Positions 53,921-64,000 of a stretch of 64,000 nt of DNA are shown here, in pieces (position 1 is the first letter of the stretch; every line of letters starts with the position of its first letter). The position numbers and the translations under genes were made by a program. Below the pieces are notes generated by a model. The model did no database searches and was not told the origin of the DNA. It saw only the letters and a program-made list of their open reading frames with translations. Location of the stretch: NCBI GenBank assembly GCA_964016885.1, contig OZ024741.1:211606001-211670000 (forward strand). The letters are read 5' to 3'. This stretch comes from Eledone cirrhosa. Its lineage: Eukaryota.

Positions 53921-54255
53921 GTGATGCTGCTTCTGTTGCTGCTGCTGCTACTACAATTTGATTATTTCGTTATCATTTTCACGTTTATCATTTATTTGTT
54001 TCAGTTTTAATATAATTGTTACTACTACTACTACTACTACTACTACTGCTACTACTACTACTACTACTAATAATAATAATAATAATAATACTACCACTAC
54101 TACCACTACTACTACTGCTACTATCACCACCACCGCCTTTACAACTACAAATAATAATCATATCGCCACCACTTCGACTACTACTACCACCACCAACATC
54201 ATTACTTCTACTGTCACTACTACTACTACTACTACGAATAACACCACCAGAACCT

Positions 54256-54288
<33 letters not shown>

Positions 54289-54320
54289 TTACTACTACTA
54301 CTACTAATACTACCACCACC

Positions 54321-54397
<77 letters not shown>

Positions 54398-54400
54398 CAC
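53880..54400. repeat. (TAC)n-rich trinucleotide low-complexity tract
   Basis: Direct inspection; the poly-T/L/S/V ORFs are artefacts. Confidence 0.9.
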
Positions 54401-54899
54401 TCCTGAATATCTGTTTTCTTGCTTTAATATTCTTCATATATTTTGTAAAATTAATTTATTTTTCCATCAGTCAGTACAAGAAATCTATTTAGATATTTCG
54501 TTTTTAAATGTAAACAATAACAGTAACAACAACAACAACAACAACAATAAACAAACAAACAGTTGCTAGAGTAATTTAAAATTTGAGTTATTTAAAAATA
54601 TATTTCAGCTTTAAATTAACTTTCTGTTAAGGTAGTATATTTCGTTAAAGATTACATTTCTCCCCCATCTCTCTGTATGATATATATATGTGTGTGTGTG
54701 TATATATATATACATACACACATATACACACATACACACATACACACACACATATATATATACATGTATGTGTATACATATAAATATATATGTATATATA
54801 TATACACATGTATATATATATACATATATATTATATATATACATATATAAATATATATATATATATATACATAAATATTATATCTATACATATATATAA

Positions 54900-54938
<39 letters not shown>

Positions 54939-54992
54939 CATATATATTATATATATACATATATAAATATATATATACATAAATATTATATC

Positions 54993-55074
<82 letters not shown>

Positions 55075-55100
55075 CATATATATATATGTAAATTTATACA

Positions 55101-55159
<59 letters not shown>

Positions 55160-55491
55160 CATGAGTGTAAAAATATGGTGGATGTTAAATAGATAGAACT
55201 TTCATTTATTTTAGAATATGAACAGAAAGCCCAAATAAGGAATGATCACATATTAAAAATAAATGGGATTCGGCCATTATTTTCCATTCGATCATATTTT
55301 AATCGATTACTTTTTTTATTCAATTACTAACTACATTCTCTGTACTGTGGCCCTTCTGGAGCATTGCTATAGAACGTTGTCTAGCGCAAGGCACGTATCA
55401 CTTTCGATTTGAAATCTCTAACTTAATCATTTTGAACCCATTTTTTAAATCTTTTACCTATTTTATCTATCCTTTTTATTGAATGAATTAC

Positions 55492-55853
55492 CTCCCTTTA
55501 GAGACCTTTGAGAAATGGGTAAGCGTTTTATCCTCGTACGAAGCGGTTTTAAACATGATTACCAACAATATAATGAGCTGCTGGGACGTAGACGCATATA
55601 AAAGAAAGTGGACTCGTCGTCGAAGACTAAATACAACCACTACTAAAGTAGTAGGTAGAGGAACCTTACATGTTACAACCCACCATGCAGCTTTAACGTT
55701 TAAACAGGTTTTGTAAAATCTCACCATACTCTTTCTCTAATTAGTAAACACATTCGTTTGACCAGATATTTCGTCAGAATTTTGCACCCGATAGACGTCA
55801 ACTACTTGTTGATTTATGGTTAACAACTTCATCAATATGAAGATTACCATCAA
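55492..55853 (-). CDS. Candidate host-gene exon: 5' UTR plus first 78 codons (ATG at 55727), product unknown
   Basis: Acceptor tgtttccctttcag| and donor gag|gtaatt. The unique-sequence ORF MVRFYK...QQLIILLVIMFKTASYEDK...KG runs to the donor, with a hydrophobic segment. Confidence 0.45.
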
Positions 55854-56465
55854 CTGAAAGGGAAACATATATTGTCCCACCGTGTATGGTCCTGATTCTG
55901 GATAATTTAAGGATACTCAGCCTCGTACACTATATTTCAATGAACACACAGTTCAGTTGAAATATCTATCGTGTAATATTTTTTAACGAAAAGAAGCCCA
56001 ATTGCAGCTATTCTGTGACCATACAAACAGTTTCAAACGTCGACAGGCGCATATGCTGCAGTATAGGATTCTGCTCTATGCGAAATTCATCAAGAGAAAC
56101 TTCACCAACCGCAAGGTATTATTTTGTTACAATGTCATTCCTATATATATTATATACACATACGCATGTGTATGTATACATATATACATAATGTATGTAT
56201 CCATATATGCATATATATGTATGCATATATACATGCATATATATGCATATATATATGTGCATATATGTATACATATATACATGTGTATATATGTATACAT
56301 ATATACATATGCATATATATGTATACATATATACATGTGTATATATGTATACATATAAACATGTATATATATATATGTGTATATATATATACATGTGTAT
56401 TTATATATACATATATACATATATATGTAATATATATAATATATATAAATATATATATATTATAT

Positions 56466-56589
<124 letters not shown>

Positions 56590-56590
56590 A

Positions 56591-57204
<614 letters not shown>

Positions 57205-57486
57205 GTATAAAATTGCAAGTTTGAAGAATTATTAGATAAAATATATACAGTCCGTAGCAATCAACCACATAAATAATCATTTAAACGAGGCTATAAGTTT
57301 AAAATGTAACTGTGAAGAAATAATAGACAAATGATACAGACTATCTTCCACGAGGGATAGCCAGATAAATTTTACCTAATCATTCCTTTTAGCCCGTAGA
57401 AATTGACTAGACAAATAATCAACTACACGAAGTTTGAAAAAATTCCTCTAGTCTCGACTACCGGCAGTTTCGTTCCTTTTCTGCGG

Positions 57487-57877
57487 ATATACCCGAACCT
57501 GGATCTATCCACGAGGATTGGAGCTCATCAAGAGACACCTCGAGTCTGGACTAAAATTTCTACCGCGATTCCCGCCAGAAATGAATTCAAAAATGGCTAA
57601 GAACTATCACGTGGTCAGCGGTCAAGCCAGAAAGTTGTGATTGGTTGCCAGCCGGCGAGTAGGCTGGTTGCTAGAGAGCACAGCCAGATACGCCTAAAGT
57701 TTTACTCAACCTTACAGGAGTATATATTAAATTCAAAGGGATATATGTATATAATTAGACATAGTCACATATACATATATGAGTTTGGCTACCTTTCACG
57801 GTGTGGCTCAATGAAAAATTAATTAAGCAAATAATTATTAATCAGAGCCTCGTGGATAGATCCAGGATCGGGTATAT
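57487..57877. mobile_element. Putative MITE / non-autonomous DNA transposon with ~30-bp terminal inverted repeats
   Basis: atatacccgaacctggatctatccacgagg ... cctcgtggatagatccaggatcgggtatat (one mismatch); TA at the ends; non-coding interior. Confidence 0.65.
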
Positions 57878-58032
57878 TAAACTTTATGTTTATACGCTAC
57901 TAAGGAATAGGATATCTTACTAACTCTGCTTACCCCCGATTGAACCGGGACTCACATATACACACATAAACACACACACACACACTCTCTCTCTCACACA
58001 CATATATATTTATAAGCATGTAAGTATGGAGC

Positions 58033-58174
<142 letters not shown>

Positions 58175-58261
58175 AAAAGAGAGAAGACCACAAGAAAATA
58201 TATATAACAAGAGAGACACAGATAAATATAACCTCCAAATCTGATCCTTTCCATTAAGCAA

Positions 58262-58400
58262 AGAGTTACGGCCTTTTATGGTCTGAGTTCATATCCCGCC
58301 GAGGATAACTTTTCCTTTCATCCTTACGGGGTCGATAAAATAAAGTACCAGTAATACATTCAGATAACTGTTGGCCTTGTACCAAAAGTAGAAACAATTA
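58262..58400 (+). mobile_element. tRNA-derived SINE, 5'-truncated
   Basis: ggggtcgataaaataaagtaccagt core. Confidence 0.78.
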
Positions 58401-58464
58401 TTATTAAATATTTTCGTTAATCGCCCAAATTGACAGGTAGTGAATTACAATGCCGAAACAATTT

Positions 58465-58690
58465 TTGTGACGCTAAACTCCGCCAGTTGCAGACTGCGCA
58501 TCAACATGAGATATCTCTCTCCACAAAGTTCGCCCACCAGCAGCAGAGTTCAAAGAGCAAAGATCAAGTCCAGACCATAAGTTGATATTGTCAAGCCAAA
58601 GTTTTGGCTGCCGGCCTCTGCTTCTCTTACCAGCCAACCTTCCTTCCAGGCATAACCTACTCACACCACGAGTTGATCTTTTTATATGAC
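58465..58690 (-). mobile_element. RTE-clade LINE 3' fragment
   Basis: LEGRLAGKRSRGRQPKLWLDNI...R.LWR signature. Confidence 0.72.
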
Positions 58691-59111
58691 TTTTTATATG
58701 TCACTTCAGAAGCTCTCTACATTCCAGAACCACATCATGAGACTTATGACTGGCAAGCGACCGTATCTGTATCAGTGAGCTGCTCAACATTACCAAACTT
58801 AGACTAATTACATCCATTACCGAAACAATAGATGAATGAAAAACAGACTTCTTTACAAGGACGGAGGTGTACCTGACTAATGCAAGTGTTAATACTTTCT
58901 AAAATGAATCTATACCGTACGGTCAATGAAAATATGGTGGGTGGTAGTGAAGGAGGAAGAAAATCTCTTTTCATTCATGTTAATGCGAAGTATTAATTAT
59001 GAGTGCTTGCAATAGAAAAAAACCCCACCAATTGTAGTTTTTAGTGTTACGTTTCCTTCAGATCACGATGACACCCACTAAGCTCTATTTTGCACCGAGT
59101 TTCCCTCTTTA

Positions 59112-59165
<54 letters not shown>

Positions 59166-59292
59166 TATATATATATATACATATAAATACACGCATACAT
59201 ACATATAAATACACACATACATACATACATACATATAAATACACGCATACATACATATAAATATACACATACATACATACATATAAATACAC

Positions 59293-59337
<45 letters not shown>

Positions 59338-59713
59338 TATTTCTTCTTTGCAGCTTTTCATTGAATTTTCAATAAATGTAATTGATTAGCAAAACTAAAC
59401 TGAATCAGCAACAGCGCTGATGGAAATCGATAAGAGAAAACTATATATGGATAAATAAATAATCTAGCATATCGATTTATTTTTTTTATGGAAAATATGT
59501 TAAAGATTGTGAAAAAATAATCATTGCATGTCCTAGATTTATGAGAGACGTGTTATGTGTACTGAGCTTTTACCAAGATGATCTTCCAGCTACATACATA
59601 GAGATGCTATTACGCTATTCTGTTAGTTAACCTCTAAAGTGCATTTGTATACGTACATGTATGTATGTATATTTATATATGTATATATGAACATGTATTT
59701 CTCATCCCTCCTA

Positions 59714-59744
<31 letters not shown>

Positions 59745-59957
59745 CTATGTATGTACATATACATTTCTTTCTTCTACACATTTACACATCTTTACACACC
59801 ACGCATCTCAATGTACACCCACTTACATCTCTCTCTCTCCACCACCGGATCTTGTTACCCGGAGATTTACCCATTTGCATTGTCGAGGCTTCCAAACGAC
59901 ATAAAGATATTTATTTATTATTCCACAATGCTTCAAGCAAACTTCAATACTCTCATA

Positions 59958-59993
<36 letters not shown>

Positions 59994-60021
59994 TGTATGT
60001 ATGTATGTATATATATATGAC

Positions 60022-60452
60022 CCCTTAGCCTTTGTCAAGGCAGAATTCTAGGAGATGGAAAACTCTGATATAACACCTGCAACCCTGATGGTATCCAATG
60101 ATGTTGACTTGTTCTTCTTTTTGGTAAATATCATCTTGGTTAAGAGAGTGGGACTGGCTTTGTGCAGTGCCTTTGCTCACTATAAAAGCTTCACGGCACA
60201 GGCATTGCTTTATATCTGGAGATCTCTCTGCACTTGTCGTCACAGGGTACCATGGGCCCAGCACTATGTGTCAATAATTGTCCTACCATGGGCCCAGCAC
60301 TATGTGTCAATATTTGTCACAAGTGTAGTGTTTGTACCAGAGTTTTCAAGTCGCTGGCTGGACTAAAATGTCACTCGTTCAGCGCATCGGTAGGGGTTCT
60401 CCTATATGGATATAAAGTAGTGGCCGTACTCGAAAACGAGTTGGCAGCCACC
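60022..60452 (+). mobile_element. Probable decayed RTE-like LINE 3' end with a terminal Cys/His finger
   Basis: [17 protein letters not shown] resembles an RTE terminal C2H2 finger; a short internal duplication lies at ~60248-60311; bounded by microsatellites. Confidence 0.4.
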
Positions 60453-60477
60453 ATATATATATGTATATGTATGTATG

Positions 60478-60523
<46 letters not shown>

Positions 60524-60669
60524 CATACATATTTATATATATATATATATACATATATATATACATATATATATTTTTTTAAATAAATGAACAGAGAACA
60601 AAAAACAGAGAGACAGTACAAATGATACGCTTCTTAGTTTCACACATGTATAGATAAATATATATATAA

Positions 60670-60701
<32 letters not shown>

Positions 60702-60789
60702 ATATATATATATATGTTTGTCGACTATATGAAACACCAGTTTTAGATAAATGAACACACACATAACCACCCCCATATATATGCATAAA

Positions 60790-61090
60790 GGCGCATGGCT
60801 TAGTGATTAGAGCGTTGAGTTTGCAATCGTGAGGATGTTAGCTCGATTATCTGCGTTGTGTTCTTGACCAAGATACTTTATTTCACGTTGCTCCAGTTTA
60901 CTCAGGTGTAGAAATAAGTTGCGACGTCACTAATGCGACTGGTACTGTATTCCCTAGGACAACAGTGGTGGCGTGGAGATGGCAGACTAGTATGTGTGGG
61001 TGACTTCTGGTCTTCCATAACAAACTTGCCTCCGGAGGGGGGCTCTCTAAGTGTATTTCCCCTGGTCATTTATGACCGAAGGCTTTTTTA
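60790..61090 (+). mobile_element. tRNA-derived SINE, second family
   Basis: ggcgcatggcttagtgattagagc...caagatactttatttcacgttgctcc. Confidence 0.75.
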
Positions 61091-61466
61091 CTATTATCCT
61101 TATATATATACACACATGTACGGTGAAAATGTTTGCACATATTCATAGTAGCTGTATTACGGTTATAGGTTCAATTATAGTTAGACAATGCTTCCATATA
61201 TTTTACTCTCACCATTTGTGTATATAAATGTGGGAATCCCCATCACTCGTACCGGAAGGTAAATAGAAAAACAAAACAAAACAGGGAGGAGATTGTTTTC
61301 AGGTAATATATCTAGGAGAAATCATATTGCATACATTATGTATATATATTTACATCAGACAAGAAGACCCTGTTGACCCTGTGATAAACCACTGAAAGTT
61401 GGATATGTGTCACCCCCACCGCTAATAGTCCTGAGTAGCATGACTCAGTATTTAGCCTTAATAAAA

Positions 61467-61527
<61 letters not shown>

Positions 61528-61546
61528 ACATTCTGTCATTACTACA

Positions 61547-61631
61547 ACGAGCTATTAATTCCAGAGTCAGGCCAGATCGATACAGATCGAACCATCAGCT
61601 GATCAATAGCGAAACGCGCGTCAACCAATAA
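61547..61631 (+). ncRNA. 5'-truncated hammerhead relic
   Basis: (...ACGA)-gctatt...aatagc-GAAA-cgcgcg-TC-aacc followed by AATAAA. Stem III is palindromic; the CTG of the core and the 5' stem I strand are absent. Confidence 0.55.
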
Positions 61632-61677
61632 ACGTAATGAAGGCTTAACCATTCGTTCTTGTATTATTATTATTACG

Positions 61678-61805
61678 TCCCTTTACGATCTGAGTTCAAA
61701 TCCCGCCGAGGTTGACTTTGCTTTTCATCCTTACGGGGTCGATAAAATAAAGTACCAGTAATGCACTGGGTATTTGCTGGCCTTGTGCCTAAAGTAGAAA
61801 CAATT
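61678..61805 (+). mobile_element. tRNA-derived SINE whose (ATT)n tail adjoins the R4/Dong element
   Basis: gagttcaaatcccgccgagg...ggggtcgataaaataaagtaccagt...gaaacaattattatt. Confidence 0.8.
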
Positions 61806-61839
61806 ATTATTATTATTATTACTATTATTATTCTTATTC

Positions 61840-63775
61840 TTTGAGTCTCAGTCATTGATGTTAGTTCACTGGAAAGTTTGTTGAAATGAATATCAAACCA
61901 CTACCTGCAGCCTCAGATATTCAGGACTTATCGGAGGGTTCTTGCTGTTCCCAGCAAGCATGCCTTTTGAAGCGTTCCAAAAAGCGTGAAGGGGCTAATT
62001 TTCTTTAACCATCCCTGGAAACTTTTTGAAATAGTACCTAGTGCGCCTATGACAATCGGGACCACTTTGACTTCCTGGCAGTTCCAAATTCTTTTTACCT
62101 CCCACTTTAAGTCCTGGTATCGGTTAATTTTCTCCCTCTCCTTCTCTTGCACTCTTGTGTCGAATGGGCAGGCCACATCCACAATCAGGCACGATATTTT
62201 TTCCTTGTCCAAAACCACCAGGTCAGGTCTATTGTGTTCCAGTTTCTTGTCCATCTGTATCCTAAAATCCCACAGCACCTTCACCTGATCGTTTTCTATC
62301 ACCGACTCTGGCTTATGCTCATACCACTTCTCAGAATGTGGTAAATTGTTTACTTTGCATAGGTGAGAGTGGATCACCCTGCCCATCACATCATATCTCC
62401 AGCCCTTATAGTGAGTCTGGGCTAGGTGTTTACACTCGGATACAATGTGAGCCACAGTCTCCTCTCTCTCCCCCCAGATCCTGCACAGTGGGCTAGCCTC
62501 CTCCTTGTAAATATGGTGTTTCAACCACTTCGTTTTGAGGGCCTGCTCTTGCGCAGCCATTAGCATTCATTCTGTAGCCTTTTTAAGGTCTCCCCTTTTC
62601 AACCAGTTCCATGTCTGTGGATTTCTGAATTCAGTTTTCTCAAAGAAGGTACTATGAAGGGATTTTTCATGGAGGCTGCTCTTTCTCTTTGTTGATATTT
62701 CCTCCTTGGACATCCCCTGGTCTATTGTCTTCTCCTTCAGTACAATTCTGAGCATTGGCTCCTTACTATCAGTCACGTATTTGTGTAGGTTGTTTTTTCT
62801 CCATCTGAACACAGTCCTCTATGCTGATAAGACCTCTTCCACCTTCAGATCTCCTTAAGTAGAGTCTATCGACATCACTCCTCTTGTGGAACATGTTGTA
62901 GATAGTCAATAGCTTCCTAGTCTTCCTATCCATTTCTTTTTGTTCAGCAACATTCCATCTCAAAAATCCCGCACTGTACCTAATAATAGACACAACTCGG
63001 GAATTTACTGCACTTATGGCATTCCTACTGTTCAGATCTGACTTTAATACGCTGCTTACACTCCGAATGTATTCAGATCTTATCAATTCCTTCATTATTT
63101 TGTTCTTGATGTAATCAACCTCCAGAACACCCAAATACTTGTATCCTTCTTCAGTGTCAATTTCTTTATCATCTCACATGTTGGTACCTGGATTTCGCTG
63201 CTTCTGCTCAATTTACCCCTCTTCATCACAAGGACTCCACACTTACTAATACCAAATTGCATACATATATCATTGCTGAAAATACGGACAGTGTCAACAA
63301 GCACATCCAACTCCTTCTCACTCTTCCCGAAGAGCTTAAGATCGTCCATGAAGAGGAGGTGATTGATGGTAAGCTCTCCCTTTCCTACACTTGTATCCTG
63401 CTCTTACTATTCGCAGTATAATGGACAGGGGCATCAGAGCAAGGACAATCAACAGAGGGGACAGACTATCTCCCTGGAAGATACCTCTCTTGATCTTCAC
63501 GCCTCCCAAGGATTCTCCAGCTGATGTCAATTCTGTTTTCCAGGACTTCATACTTTTGCCCAACAACTGTCTGATATTATCTGCCACCTTGAAGATCTCT
63601 AGGCTTTTGGTGATCCAAGATTGAGGCACCATGTCAAATGTCTTTTTGTAGTCTATCCATCCCATGGCAGACCAGTGTGTCTCCTCTTGCAATTCCTCAT
63701 TACCATCGTATCAATAAGTAACTGGTCCTTTGTACCACGGGACTTCTTTCGGCATCGTTTCTGTTCGTCCGGTAA
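61840..63775 (-). mobile_element. 5'-truncated, frameshifted R4/Dong-clade non-LTR retrotransposon (RT + CCHC + restriction-like endonuclease) in (TAA)n
   Basis: Motifs [50 protein letters not shown] and HNRPDLVV...IVDVACPFD...EKINRYQDL...VVPIVIGALG. (ATT)n lies at 61803-61835 and 63777-63810. Confidence 0.92.
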
Positions 63776-64000
63776 CAATTATTATTATTATTATTATTGT
63801 TATTATTATTGACGAAAGTGGATGTACGTTTTTTGAAGCTCCGTGAGTAAGCAATTTTTTGAGGATTAATTGTAGAGAATTGTTTATTTTTTGTACCGCT
63901 GAAGCATTATAAGACATTAATTTGTATCCTGTGAAGGAATAACTCATAATATTTGGGCCTTTTGGCCCAAATATTTGAACTTTATTTTGAAAAAAAATAA

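Overview
This is eukaryotic, AT-rich, microsatellite-dense DNA. The SINE families suggest an octopus or other cephalopod (inference). Nearly all ORF-track entries are artefacts of (TA)n, (TG)n, (GA)n, (TATAC)n and (TAC)n repeats. The real content is retroelements. (i) There are three copies of a Tx1/L1-clade LINE, one full-length with ORF1 and ORF2, all joined to (TCTA)n/(GATA)n tracts in the same orientation. (ii) A 5'-truncated R4/Dong-type RT+RLE element sits inside (TAA)n. (iii) There are four Penelope-like (GIY-YIG) relics. (iv) RTE and CR1-like LINE relics, tRNA-derived SINEs and a MITE are also present. The strongest hidden signal is a dense set of type I hammerhead ribozyme motifs, about 20 intact or degenerate copies from many distinct families. 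Several show compensatory stem changes between copies. They sit in Penelope termini or in short non-coding, often fold-back, mini-elements embedded in (TA)n. One plausible host exon carrying a start codon lies on the minus strand at 55492-55853, so much of the window may be intron. All coordinates and similarities were read by eye, and repeat boundaries are approximate.
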